64,000 nt of DNA from the human T2T-CHM13v2.0 reference genome, Homo sapiens (GCF_009914755.1 NC_060926.1), one strand, 5' to 3'; counted from the stretch's first letter, positions 1-15,179 are shown. Notes: a model not told the origin generated them from the sequence alone. Translations and numbers: made by a program.

Positions 1-959
1 ACAATTTAGCAGGAGCACTGGAAGTTTTTCCAAATGTTGGTATGAGATAAATTACATACCAAAATAATGTACTGCCAGGTACATTTCTCTCTTGCTACTT
101 GAACGGATGTAATAATGTACTTGGTTCTTTCCACCTCTGATTTATTGATGGCATGAGATTTGTCATTTTATTTCGGTGAAATTATATCTCTAGAGGGAAT
201 TTTCAATGGATAAAGTTAATTTGAGTTATCCTGAACTTCCAGCAAGTCTGGGAGATTTTTACAAAAGATGAACACTGTCAACCAATGAGTCAAGAAACTA
301 TATATTTTAGTTTGAATTTTTGAAAGCACAGGAAAAGGCAATTCAAAAAGCTCTTGATACTAAAAAGAACACTCAGAGGTTAAATGCCCATCAAGTATAT
401 CACCAAAAAACTTGGGGCAAATGCACAGTTGTTATTTCTTTCAACTAAACCTCGGTTAAATTGAAAGAAATAACATCTGTGCTCTCCCATTAAGAAACTG
501 GGTTAACACAAAGATTTAGAAACATAGGTAATTTTATCAACAAAATTATGAATGCTTTATCATACCTTTGTGTGGATAGGATTTCAGGTATGATCAGCAC
601 CTCCAGATGAAAATGGAAAAGTTAGTCGAAGAGTCCACTATGTGATCATCCCAGCATCTAAGCTTTGTAAACACCTAGTTCTTTAACTGAATTCTTTCAC
701 CTTTCAGCCAGACATTGGACACTGTATACACAGACACAGAGTATATTTAAGCTTACTGAGATCTAAGCAGACTAACAGGCATACTTCCATTCAATCTCTC
801 TAACGTGAGGAACACACATAATTACATTCTCCTAGCTAAAACAAAACAAAATGTTCCCTTCCTAAATACGGCCTTTATAAGAGACTGCACTCCATGAATT
901 TGCTCCTTCTTCTTGATAGCATACCTTACTCCTTACCAGGGTCTTATTAATAACAATAA

Positions 960-1118
960 AACTAATATACTAAACTGTGTTATGCGTTATAATTGCTTTT
1001 TCTCATGTAATATCCACAAAAACCTTATAAATTTGGAATTTACATCTGATTTTAAAGATGACCAACTAAGGTACAAAGATGAACATTAACTGGCCCTAAT
1101 AGAAGCAGAGCTGGATTT
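960..1118 (-). mobile_element. MIR SINE fragment, split by the L1MA; continues at about 2609-2650
   Basis: Degenerate MIR core (attttaaagatgaccaactaagg...gcagagctggattt) resumes as gagctagaatttgaacccagtt after the L1. Confidence 0.6.
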
Positions 1119-1119
1119 T

Positions 1120-2607
<1,488 letters not shown>

Positions 2608-2656
2608 TGAGCTAGAATTTGAACCCAGTTCTTACTCCAAAGAAAATGATCTTTTT

Positions 2657-2949
2657 GGCTAGGCATGGTGGCTCACCCCTATAATCCTAGAACTTCAGGA
2701 GGCCGAGGTGGGCAGATCCCTTGAGGTCAGGGGTTCAAGACCGGCCTGGCCAACATGCTGAAACCCTATCCCTACTAAAAATATAAATTATAATATATAT
2801 AAAATATATATATATATAAATATAATATAAAAATTAGCCAGAAATCACTTGAACCTGAGAGGCAGAGGCTGCAGTGAGCCGATATCATGCCACTACTGCA
2901 CTCCAGCCTGGGCAACAGAGAAAGATTCTATCTCCAAAAAAAAAAAAAG
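2657..2949 (+). mobile_element. AluS-type element with TA-expanded linker and right-arm deletion
   Basis: Alu left arm, AT microsatellite at about 2778-2832, shortened right arm, A tail. TSD aagaaaatgatc(t/c)ttt. Confidence 0.92.
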
Positions 2950-4662
2950 AAGAAAATGATCCTTTAGTTGCTAGATACTTACATGCAGCTTTAATGCTTA
3001 AAATACTATAGAAATACTATCTGCAAGAAAATATGCCCTGGAAGCTGAGGCTTATAATGTATAATTTCTTTGGTAGTGCTTTTCTTATATAATGAGGGAA
3101 AACAAAATGCATTTTCTCAATACAATTTAAGAGTATGAGGCAAATCTCCCAACTTCTGGAAAGTCCACTTCCCCTCTTGTTCTCAGCTTCATTGTATTTT
3201 TGTAACGTTCCCTTATTTCAGGGACGATCCCAATAAATAGCTTTTAAGTCATTACTGACCCAATTTTTACCAGAGGCCCCCCGAGAATTGAATTCAAATT
3301 TAGGCTTAAGAAGGAAAAAGAATCTGAAAGAGTTTCTCCATTCCATTCTCTGCTATTTCTCTGCCTTTGACCATAACCTCCAAGTCACTGGCTGCACTGG
3401 AAAAAAAAAAAATGAAGATACATGGAGGGAAAGGAAGGGAAAAGTAACAATGAATAGAGGAAGACAGTATTACAGTTTTCAAGAGTTCAGAAATGGATTG
3501 CAATTAGAGATTTGGAACCATGAACTGAGAATTTCAGTTGCTTTTATATAAACAATGGCTCTGCTATCGGAATTCAAGAGAGAAAAGAGTTTCCTTACAG
3601 TAGGCTAAAGTCCCAGCCCTCCTCCAATTTGTTTTACATCTTCTACAACCTAAAAGTATTATTAACTTTTGAGTTGTAGAAAGAGAATAGATGCTTTTAA
3701 TCACTGACTACTTCAATGAACATAATCTACATTTCTTTTCTCATCCTCTTGATTAGTTTTTTGGGGGATTTGCTCCTCATGCACAAACAACAGAAATAAG
3801 ATTCAAAACTTGTTCCTCCTAGATAATACCAATAGCAGCCATAAACAAAGGCAAAATCTGTGATTTTACATTGTATGCTGAGGGATGAAATTAGGTATTA
3901 CATTGGGGAATGAAAGTAGTAAGCCAGAAAATAAAATGTCCATAATTTAAAAGTAAATACAAGTAAAAGAAAAAAAATGTGTCACTTGAAAGACACAGGT
4001 TTTGATGACAGCATAATTCAACAGATTTAAATAAATATTAAGATGTTCACTTAAACACATAGCCTATTTGTCTAAAAATAGAGAAATATTCTGTCATTCA
4101 TTTTCCCATTTTAACTGGATGATTTTGAGAATGGAGAGGACTGGATGGAGTCCCCAAATGTTTTTGTTTTTGTTTTTGTTTTTTACTTTTAACCAGATGT
4201 TTCAGAATGCAGCCTCTTCTTTCCTCAGTGTGATATTTTGCAGTCCCCTCCTTTCTGCTCTTCTACCCTGTCCCATCTCTAAACTTGTCACTGCTAAACA
4301 TCTTGTTCTGCAAGTATAATATAGAAAAAAAGAAAGATTTGAATTCTAGCAGAAAGAACTCTTAAGTGCAAAGTTTTTATGAGTAAAGCTTAAATTATTT
4401 CTAAAGATACATACTACTGTATCTTAAATAATTGTTAACTCTTATTTAATAAAAATAAAATTAAATGTCAGTGAATTTCTTAGATGATGGAAGAGAGATC
4501 AAACCAACTAAAACTGATTTTACCAAACTATACAAATGCCTTTTGTGAAACTGCCATAATACCTGAGACTGTTACACCAGCAGCAACTATGAAAGCCTGT
4601 ATTTCCAACTGAGACACTCTTCTTCATAAAAAAAATGCATTGACTTGTTCTATAGGTCTTAA

Positions 4663-5382
4663 TGATACGGACAGGAGGCAGAGAAATACTGGGTAGATGA
4701 GGGCAGTTCACGGGAGGGCTCCACCCTCGAGTCTGGAACTGTGGCCCAAAGTGAGAACTTTACATCCTCGTTTTCCCAATCCAATGTTGCCTTTTCCAAA
4801 ACCACCCTGGCCCAACTGGCCCCCCATCCTGAACCCATGGAAATCCCAGGCTCCACTGGCAGAGGAGCAGCAGAGAAGAAGAGAAGAAAAGAAGCAGCCA
4901 GACATCAGAGAGAAGCAGCTTGACTTCAGTGGGATGGCTGGATGGTAGGACTTTGGAGAAGAGCCTGGCTGGGGATGGCCAGACTACAGGGGAAGATCAC
5001 CTTCCCACTCCATTCCTTTTACAGCTCCGCTTCCAGCAGAAAGCTACTTTCATTGGCAATAAAATCCTCCATATTCACCACCCTTAAATTCATTCCTATG
5101 ACCTGATTCTTTCTAGGTGCCAAACAAGAGCTTGGGAGTCACAGGTGCAGATGTTTGAGCTGTTTAGCACTTAAGCCATTCACAGACAGCAACACGAAAA
5201 GACCACTGTAACATACAATGTCTAGGGCTCAAGAGGTCGCTGGTACCGCTTAGACACTGCCGTGGAGCCACAGAGAGTTCTGCTCTTGGCTGTATCCAGA
5301 AGCACTCATCCTGGCTCCTGCAGGCACTCACCTGTGTGCTGTCATGAGTCCCATGAAGGGGTCAGGGAAATATCCTGCATCG
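4663..5382 (+). mobile_element. ERV1 solo LTR, LTR1/LTR27/LTR28-like
   Basis: Starts TGATACGGACAGGAGGCAGAGAAATACTGGGTAG, has an internal AATAAA, ends ...cctgcatcg. 4-bp TSD TTAA at 4659-4662 and 5383-5386. Confidence 0.85.
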
Positions 5383-6308
5383 TTAACACCTACTCTTGCT
5401 TTACAAGAATTTATCACAAAGTTTTTCCAAAGTCTAGAATTTGCACCAGGTTGTTGAGTGTTGTTAATTTAGGATACATTTTTGAATAACAGTAAAATTA
5501 AAATATCTGAAGAAAATACCTAGCCAAGGCTACTGTCATCAAGTTACAGAATCATGTTTCTATACTAACAAGTAACGAGAAACCAAATAGTAAATCCTGA
5601 GTGGTTTTCAAGAGGAAATGATGATAATCATTGTTTAAATATTTAAAACATTTCCCTGAAAAGTAGTTTAACAAAAAAATCAATTCTGATTTACCAGTTA
5701 AAGAATATTCTGTGGATATATAAATGGATATTATGGCCTAATATAATAAAGCCATGGGTATTAACTATTAATGATGCAAATAACTGACAGACTTGCAAAG
5801 TTGATACTTCCATATTTATTATTTTAACAATATTTTGTTTTTCTAAGTGAAAAGTAGAAAAAAAAACACATGAAGCCATTTTTTCTAGATAGAAGAAAGT
5901 TCATAGGAGAAAAAAGATACAAATACACATAGATGTAAATATAGATACAGATAGATACTGACATAAACATACTAATCCACAAAGCTTTTTGCATTATTAG
6001 GCTTGGAGGAGATAAAAGGATATATCAAGGAGGCAAAGGCAAAGGCAAAAAAAGAGAATAAAACCAGAGCAAAAAGTGGTAAGAAAATGTGACAGCCTAA
6101 ATTGCTTGAAAGACAAGTGCCACTATCAGTACTGCAATGAAAACACTGAGCGTTGGTATAGAAGGAAAAAGGGAGCACTAAATGCAAGATTCATGGATTA
6201 AGCCAGGAACCCTGGAAGAGGGCTAAAGATTTGTAACATTCCCTGCTGTCAAGCTGAAACAACTGTAAATCCTCTCTGAGGAAAGCTTCCACAATACAGA
6301 GTTATAGG

Positions 6309-6458
6309 ATATATATATATATATATATAACTTAAATATCATAACTATATATATAACTTAGATATCATACATATATAACTTAGGTATCATAACTATTATA
6401 GCTATTCACAAATATTCACATGACTATTACATTCACACGACTATTATAGCTATTCACA
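6309..6458. repeat. Compound (TA)n plus imperfect 21-bp and 19-bp tandem duplications
   Basis: atatataactta(a/g)(a/g)tatcata three times; actattatagctattcaca twice. Confidence 0.85.
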
Positions 6459-7364
6459 ATAAAAATCACCCAACATGCAATAACACAAACCAACGTAAGT
6501 GTGAATCAACAGAAGTACAGGCAACAGTCATAGGTATCCAAGAACTTGAGGTGTTATAATTTTTGGGTAGAAATTATAAAATATCTATGTATGAGATATT
6601 TAAAGATAAAATAATTGCATTTTTTAAGTGAGCAAGCAACAAGATACTATCAAAAGTGGTTAGAAAAACCTGAAACAACAACTAAATAAGACATTCTAGA
6701 AATGAAACAAAATGTATTATTGAAATACAAATATTTAATGGATAGATTAAATCTCAGAATAGGCAAAACTGAAAGAAAATTCATGAATTCACCAAAGACA
6801 TTACTCCAAAAGCAGCACAGAGAGAAAAGCAGATAAAAAATTTGAAAGAGATATAAGACAATATGGAAGATAGAGAGGAGCTAATGTTTATTAATTCATC
6901 TGTCCTATAAACATTCAAAGAACATTCAGTAAGTGTCTCTTATGTATTAGGCACTTTCTAGACCCTGAGGGAATGAAGTAGAGAAAAAAAAATACAAAGC
7001 AGGTAGGAAGTAGGTTGTGGGTCAGATGATTATGGGTGCTATGAAGAAAATTAATAAAGGGAAAGAGGATACTCAGAGTTCCAAAAGAGAGGAGAGCTAG
7101 AACAGAAGAGAAGCTACATTTAAAGCAATATTGGCTATAAATTTTCCAGAAATAATGAAAGAAATGAATCCAAAGGTAAGAAAGTATAATCTATACTAGG
7201 CAGAATACATAAAAGTAAATGTGCATGTAGATATGTTGCCATGAAACTACGGAAACTCTATGAAAATATTTTTAAATTAGTAAGAGAGAAAGTATTTTTA
7301 TCCATGAAATAAAAACAACCAAACTGACAGATTTCTCAACAACAAGAATGGAAACCATAAGACA

Positions 7365-7930
7365 TTTAATCATTTATTCAACAAATACTTATTATTTACT
7401 ATGGCTATGGATAAAAAAGTAAACAAAATAAACAAAAATTCCTGCCCTCCCAGAACTTACATTTTAACAGCTGAAGATTGACAACAAGCAAACTAATAAA
7501 CAAAATATTTCTTACTGATAAGTGATATGTCATAACAAAGAAAACGTAAGAGATGGGAAAGAATGACATTGTGGGAAGTGGGAAAGAATGCTAGGAAGGC
7601 GTGCAGTTTTAATTACAATATCAGGAAAAGCCTCAAGAACAAAACATTTGATCAAAGCCCTAAAGTGAGGGAGGGAGCTTAGAATTTGTAGCAAAAGTGC
7701 TTCATTAAGTTTATTGCCTTGAGTGGAGCAAGACTTGTATTTTCCAAAATCAAAGGAAGCTAATGTGTCTGGAACAGAGGGAGACAAAAGGAAAATTTGA
7801 TAGTCATGAGGTCAAAGAAGAAACATGAGCAGAGGGCATATTGTATAAGAACTTGTAATCCATTGCAATAACTTTGCCTTTTACTCTGAGTGAGATATGA
7901 AGTCATCAGAGGGTTTTAAATATATAAGTA
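7365..7930 (-). mobile_element. L2 LINE fragment
   Basis: catttattcaacaaatacttatt...cctgccctc...agaacttacatt...actttgccttttactctgagtgagat is a typical L2 3' region. Confidence 0.7.
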
Positions 7931-10900
7931 GTAAGAGGACTGAATAATGGCCCGAATATAAAATGTTATAGACACTTGGCAGTTTCTTGTAACATTTAAC
8001 ATGCACTTATGCTATGACCTAACAATTTCACTCATAGGGCTTTTCTCAAGACAAATGAAAATATATGTCCACAAAAAGATTTGTACAAGAATGTTCATAG
8101 GTGCTTTATTTATAATATTCAAAAACTAGAAACAAGTCAAATGTTCAACAACAGAAGATGGACAAACAACTGTGGTACATCCATACAATAAATATCACTC
8201 ATAGTACTGAGCAATGAAACAAGAATTAATCTTACCTAAGCATATAATAGGCAACTCTGAAAACAAGAGATAATTTTTTAAAGTAGACTGAGAAAAAAGA
8301 AACATTATAATCAGGGGAAAAATACTTTTTGATTGATTTCTCATCTGAAATAATTGAAGCCAGATGATCATGGAATAGTATCTTTAAATTGCTGGCAGAA
8401 AAAAGAGCTGTCAACCTAAAATAACATACACAACAATTTTTTTTTCAAAAATGAAAGCAAAACAAAGCCATTTTCATATAAAGAAAAGCTTTGTTAGACT
8501 TTGTTATCAGGACATACCCAATATATCCAGAGCATAAGGAAACCTAAAGGATGTACTTCAGACTAAACAGAAATAATACAAGATGGTAACAAGGGTACAC
8601 AAAAAATAATGATGAACACTATGAATGATGAATACATTAGAAAATATAAAGAAGACTTTTTTATTTATTTATTGAAAGAGAATTGTGTAAAGCAAAAATA
8701 GAAACACTGTATTTTTACATATTAACATGTAGAGGTAAAATATATAATAATAGCACAAGTGATGTGATTGGAAGGATGGAATTATAGTGTTTTCAGGGTA
8801 CTATAGTATACATAAAGTGTTACAGTATTCAAAGTCAATTGTGACAACTTATGTGTGATACTGTTACACTAGAGTGACCGCTTAACATTATAAAGACTAT
8901 AGTTAAAAGGCATATAGATAAAATCAGCTCTCAGAATTATTTATTTAACTGTAAAGAAAGAAGGAAGAAAAGAACAAGAATCCTTAGGACAAATAAAAAA
9001 TAAATAGGAAGATGGTGGCATTAAAGACAAATGCATTATATTAAATGTTAAGAAACTAAACATCCCACTTAACATTATCAGATGAAAACAGTATTTTTTT
9101 TATAAAAAGCAAGATGCAAAACAAGATTTTTAAAATAAATACACAAGAAGTTGAAAATGAAAAGAACAGAAAAGATATACTACATCTACCTGCCCTCTTC
9201 TTCACACTGAGTATACAGTTATACCAAGACATCTCTGCCTAAAAATCTATTAAATAAAGAGCTGGTGTTATATTTCCAGAGTGTAACCGGAAAGTAATTA
9301 GTTCTATAGTTTTCAGATGTTAAAAGTTGCCTTTCTATAGCTAGGACAAAGTATAATTTGCAACTATACTCAAGGTCTATATCTGGTGAGGTATACATAG
9401 TTAGTCTTTAATCACTTGTTTATATTTACGCATTACACTTAGTGAGAAATTATAGCCTATTGCCCCTCCCAGCTGTTGATTCCAAGGCTTTATTTCACAC
9501 TGGACAAACAAGGAGTGGGTTTTCAAATGTTCCTTGTTCATCTTTTGATTGTACCATCCAATATTAGATAAGGCCTTTTTTGCTATCCATGAATGAAGAT
9601 TTGCAATTAACAGTGAACATCCTAGCCAGACAAAGAGTTAGAGGCAGAAATGCCCAATAGATAAATAGGAGACAGTGAAAAACCAGTGATTTTCTTCCAC
9701 ATCATATTATCTTTATCTACAAGGCCAAAAATTAATCTTAAAAACAAAAAAAAAATAACTTCAAAGACTGAGTCTTTATTCCTGCCACCTTCAGTTGAAA
9801 ACAGACCTTTCCTCCCATCCATTCTATTATTTCAAAATAAACACGGGAGCCCCAAAGAGATAAATCATGGGGAAAGAGTTGGACCAGGTCACTGGCTCAT
9901 AATTTTTCATTTCAGAATACATCTGAATGCAAGATGAGGAGCTTAAAATCAAATTGACATATAATAAAAAAATCAGAAGTTAATTTCCAGTTTAATTAAA
10001 GGTATAATATGCAATATAAGCCCACATGTAATCCAAAAAAATTATGAACTATTTTGCTTTTCTGCATTTTCAAAATCCTGATGTGACAGAATTATTACAT
10101 TGAAAAATTCCTAAACAAAGACAGAAGATAGATCTAGAAATAAAACACAAGATAAAAATATAATTGGCCCATGTAGTTCAACACAGTTCATTTGGTGATC
10201 AGAACTAAATATCTTCAAAGAGAGAAATATAATCATCATAGAAGTGACATAAAGTGAAAAGTATATTTATGCAAATGAATGTATAAATGCATTCCCATTA
10301 TTGATTACTGTGAATTTTTATGAAATTCAAAAATCCTATGTAAGAAGTTGTTTAATTCTTTATTGGAAAGTTCACTATAGTCAGCAATTCCAACGCAATT
10401 CTTCCAGATGATTAGGAGCATGTCTCTTAAAATTTCTTAGCTTTAATTTCCACATATGAAAACAAATGTACGAAGTTAGATGATCCGTAAGTTTTTTGTT
10501 CAAGGCGCTCTGATATGTACTTAACACAAAAGGTAGAATTTATGTTTCCAAGACAAAATATTTTCCTACTGTTATTAAAGACAACATTTAATTTACGAAA
10601 CACTTTACATTTGTTAAAGTACTTTAACATATATTACCTCATTGGATTCTCACAACCAACCAGCAATAAGTGTTACTCTAAATCTGAGACTTGGAAAAAG
10701 CAATGACTTGTTCAATCACTGGAACTTTAACCTAAGACACCTCATTATAAGCCAATTTTGGCAAATGTAGAATATTGAAAATCCAGCTTAATATTACACA
10801 AACACACACAATTCGAACAGTTCATTCTCAAGCATCTATGGACACCTTTCAAAATGCTGTGGTCATTCTGAGTTCTGTAGTATAAGAATGCTTGACTTCT

Positions 10901-11040
10901 CGTGATCAGTTCTAGCTTAAAGAAATGCAACTCAAGAGAAGTAACATATAAATATTAAACAAATGTGAACAAGTCCCTGTTTCTTGGTTAGCAGTATTCA
11001 CTGAATTTTTTAGCTCAATGTAAGCTGACATTACCAATTT

Positions 11041-11435
11041 TCTCATGGGCTGAATTGTCCCATCCTTCCCCAAGACTTAAATGTTGAAGTCTTAACCCCC
11101 ATTACCTCAGAATGTGACTCTATTTGGAGATAGGATCTTTAAATAGGTAATGAAGTTAAAATAAGGTCATTAGAGTAGGCCCTAATCCAATACGACTCTT
11201 GTCCCTATAAGAAGAGGAGATTAGGATACATATGTATACAGAAGGAAGACCATGTGAAGATACAGGGAAGATGACCATCTGCAAGCCAAGGAGAGAGCCC
11301 TCAGAAGAAACCAGCCCTGCTAACACCTTGATAACCAACACTACTAGCTGCAAGAAATATGAGAAAATAGATTTATATTGTTTAAGCCACCCAAACTGTA
11401 GTACTCTATTATGGTTGCCCTGGGAAACAAAATCC
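11041..11435 (+). mobile_element. MaLR solo LTR, MLT1B-like
   Basis: acctcagaatgtgactctatttggagatagg...gccctaatccaat...ccatgtgaaga...tgtttaagccaccc. Confidence 0.85.
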
Positions 11436-11621
11436 TGTCTTCTTGTAATTTGCTGCTGCTACTGCTGCCATTGCTGAAATTAATGTCCACAGAGCACAAA
11501 TGACCTACTCAAAGTAACAAAGCAAGTTACTGGAAGAGCTGGACTGGAACCCAAATCCCTAGAAACCAATCTCATTTTTAAATAAAAATCCAATGTATGA
11601 GAGAGAAAAAAAAAAACGAAT

Positions 11622-12204
11622 TGATACAAGAGTTAAAAAGAAATTACTTAGGCAGATAGTGAGGGTATGGAAGTCCTCAGTAAGGTTTTCCTTGTAATGA
11701 AAAGCAGCCCCAAATCATTTTCCTTTCTAACAAAGAGCAGCCTGTAAAATTGAGCTGCAGACATAGATGCCAGCAGTTGTGCCAATCATATTCAAAATGG
11801 CGGCTCTATCTTCCCTTCTCTGTCTGCCACGTGTACAGTAAGGAGCAGACAAGATGAGGCCTGCCAAAGGGAGAGTTCATTTGCATAGTAAGATTAGGGT
11901 GGCGCTACCAGCCTTCCCTGCAGACTATGTAAACATCACACCTGATCAAACCAATCTGTGAGCCCAATGTAAATCAGACACTGCCTCCTCTAGCTGGACT
12001 ATAAAATCCGGGGCCTCCACCACCAGTTGGTCTTTCCTCTCCAAAGTCCCCTCTCTCTCAATAAAGAGAGAGCTGTTTTTCTTTCTCTTTCTTCTGCTTA
12101 TTAAACCTCAGCTCCTAAACTCCTTGTGTGTGTCCATGTCCTAAATTTTCCTGGCGCGAGACGACGAACCCCGGATATACACCCCAGACAACAGAGCTGC
12201 TTCA
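11622..12204 (+). mobile_element. ERV1 solo LTR, LTR9 family
   Basis: TGATACAAGAGTTAAAAAGAAATTACTTAGGCAGATAGTGAGGG...gctgcttCA. TSD GAAT at 11618-11621 and 12205-12208. TATAAAA at 12000 and polyA signals downstream. Confidence 0.88.
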
Positions 12205-12299
12205 GAATGATGAGATGAATTAAGGGAAAAAATGTTTATTTTTTTGTGAAACTCCTGAAGACATTCCTAGTAATCCACAGAGCACCATCTGAAAATCAG

Positions 12300-12775
12300 T
12301 GCATTTAAAAGGCTGACATATTACATAGACATTAGTAGAGAAGTTGTGAAATAAATTGGTTTTGAATCTTCCCTTTAGACTTCAGGTAATAAGCCACCTA
12401 TTATTATAGAAAATCAACACACATAGGATGAGAAATATTTTCTGTAGTTGGTGAAACAAGATATAGAGGTTTAATTATAGCATTGAAGGTAGAAAAGTAA
12501 CCAATAGAGAAACTAATACATTTTATAACTACACCAGGAGGAAAAAGGAGAGGGGGTAAAAGAGGATATGTATGGTTAAGCTAAATCTTTAGCAAAGTAG
12601 AGTAGGAAGCTTAATGTCTCAACCCAGAAACAGCCACATAAACATTTATTAACCAGGTGAAAGTAACCACCAGAAGAAACCAGAAATAGCCAGAAACTAT
12701 TGACTATGGAGCTATGGGAGTAGAGATGAAGAGGCATGAGCAGGAAACTGTATTTTCATTATAAGCACTCCTGTA
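12300..12775 (+). mobile_element. Ancient HAL1/L1ME-like 3' fragment
   Basis: gtaaccaccagaagaa...gcaggaaactgtattttcattataagc resembles old L1/HAL1 3' ends. Confidence 0.4.
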
Positions 12776-12868
12776 GTAGTAATTGTTGTTGTAGTAGCTG
12801 TAGTAGTGAGAGAGAGAGAGAGTGTGAGTGTGTGTGTGTAAGGGTGTGGGTGGGGAGAGAGGGAGGGA
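12773..12868. repeat. Compound microsatellite (TAG)n(TTG)n(AG)n(TG)n
   Basis: Directly visible. Confidence 0.9.
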
Positions 12869-14179
12869 CAGATTTTCTCTTTAAAGCAAAGAGGAAGAAA
12901 AGCTTTCATAGAGTTAATTCCTCTTTCCATATCCAACAAAGGGAATAGTAAAGTCTATTAGTATGCACACACAAAAATGTAATTCCAAAAAAAAAATACC
13001 AGTAAGGACAAAAATTACTAATCTGTTCCAGGTTGACTTCTATAATATTAAGCTACTACAGAACCAGTCAAGCGCCTTCCCAGTCTTCCCTAAAAAAAGT
13101 TTTACCAAGGCAGAGAATTCCACTCTTTGCCTGCTGGGAATAAAGTCAAATCAGATCTATCCCTTGCTGTCACCCCTGAACCTCCCTCCTCCTACAGTGG
13201 AAAAAAAAAATTGTTTTAAAAACACACAAATGAAGCACTTTATATACTAAGGTGGAATCTGCCTGTCCTCTGGTGGAAGACATTAAATTTCTATAGAATT
13301 CAATTTTGGTGCTAGAAATTCAATTCCAGACCACTCTATCATTTATTTTACTTCCCTGGACTGTTGAAGAATTGAAACAAAGTATGTATTTTGTTTTTCC
13401 CCTAAATATGAAGGCCCCAAAAATTGGCAATTTTTCTCTCTAAAAAGGAAGTCATGAAGGATGTATTAAAAATCATAAGATAACCCAAAAATCTATCTTC
13501 CTTTAAGGATATTAAGATCAACTATAAAAAGGTCTCTTGAAAATTACATCCTAAAACATAAAATCATATAACTTTGATCAATTTTGTCATAAACTGGCAG
13601 AATAGAAAGTTCCTTTTAATAACAATTGCTTCTCTAGAATAATGTCTACATTCAATAGAATGTAGAAGTTGTTACATTTCAATGTCAAGTCTCAGTTAAG
13701 GATGATAGCTACATTTGCCAAAACAATGCATAACATGTAAGGCTGATGCATCTTGAATTCACAATAATATTGAAGGAAAAATAGGTAGGTTATTTTTAAA
13801 CTAGGAAACTAGCAGCATCATTAATCTAGTTAGATCTACGTAATTAAGAGTTGCCAATATGCACTGCAAGTTTGGTTTATAGCAAAAAAAAACAAACAAA
13901 ACAAACACAAAACACGTGCTCTCTTCGGCCTTGATACATAAGGAAAACATATGCATTGTCCCGTCATAATCCACTGTATTGCAATTGTCTAAGCAGTGTC
14001 TTTTCCACAGGGACATTTCCATTCTTCTTTCTGAAGCACTGCCAATTTCGTGGAACTATTTGGATGTTTCACTCCATTACTTTCAAAGCCACCAAGTTTA
14101 TATGATCCAAAGTAATTTAGAAACACCTTAGAGTCATTGGAAATTTTAAATCTTAAGTATGTCTCTAAAGTGGTGAGTT

Positions 14180-14625
14180 CTTTTATTATTTTTATTTTTA
14201 ATTGACAAATAATAATTATACATATTTATGGGGTACAACGTGATATTTTGATACATGCATATAATGTGTATTGATCAAATCAGGATAATTAGCATATGTG
14301 TCACCTCAAACATTTATCCCTTCTTTGTGGTGGGAACACTGAAAATCCTTTCTTCTACCTATTTTGAGATATACACTACCTTATTTTTTGCTATTGTCAC
14401 CCTACTATGCAATAGGACACCAGAACTTATTCTTCCTTCCTGATTGTAAATTTGTACCCATTGACAAACCTCTCTCCACCCTCCTATTCCCTTCCCTAGT
14501 TTTCATTAACCTGTTCCATTCACTACTTCTATAAGAGCAACATTTTTAGATTCCACCTAAGAATGAGAACATGCAGTATTTGTCTGTGTCTGGCTTATTT
14601 CACTTAACAAACATAATGTCCTCTA
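14180..14625 (-). mobile_element. L1MA 3'UTR fragment
   Basis: T-rich tail, then catatttatggggtacaacgtgatattttgatacatg...tttttagattccac...tggcttatttcacttaac. Confidence 0.85.
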
Positions 14626-15179
14626 ACAACAACAACAACAAATGTAGTGCTTAATGTCCAAAAAATATGGACAGCACGCTCATGAAGATTCTAACTTCTC
14701 ATTTAGACACAAATTCTGAAATGGTTTCCAGTAGAAACTGGGTTCTCAATTCCTGGCTGGAACAAAAAACGTCCACCAATGCCATCAAGCAAAATGAGTA
14801 GGTCTCTTTTTGGACCTTTTGAGTGTAATGACTAAATTCTCAAACACTGCAGAAATTACTTGTTTTTTTATGGAAAGGTCACTGCTTAGTATATATGACA
14901 TACACATCACTCTCAAAACTTGACCTTACTGCCATTGTTACATGTTTTGATTCAAACAGGCTTTGCTTCAAGCGAATACCTACCTAATTAAACATCTCTG
15001 ATCTAGGGATATTAGCTGTAGAGTAGACATTTCTTCTGAAACATGGAACTTAAAGGAGAAATAACCAGTTGGGTCACATCATTATATCAATTCTCATAAA
15101 AGCTAGAAAGCAATTATATAGTTTCTTGATTGTGCTGCAGCAAAGACAGTATCAGGATAATTACACAAGACTTCAGTAG

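Larger units (their letters stand above)
6250..9180 (+). mobile_element. Decayed ancient L1M (L1ME-like) 5'UTR/ORF1/ORF2-start fragments, probably more than one element, with nested L2 pieces
   Basis: A-rich ORF1-like remnants (aattttccagaaataatgaaaga; tgatttctcatctgaaa...gaagccaga). The ORF1 C-terminal segment appears twice (about 7250-7360 and 8250-8370). Confidence 0.65.

Noticed and set aside
4659-5386. piggyBac element suggested by the TTAA target duplication
   Set aside because: No terminal inverted repeats; the body is an ERV1 LTR, whose 4-bp TSD happens to be TTAA.
12712-12948. Poly-Thr and Cys/Val-rich ORFs, also 24123-24386
   Set aside because: Translations of microsatellites.
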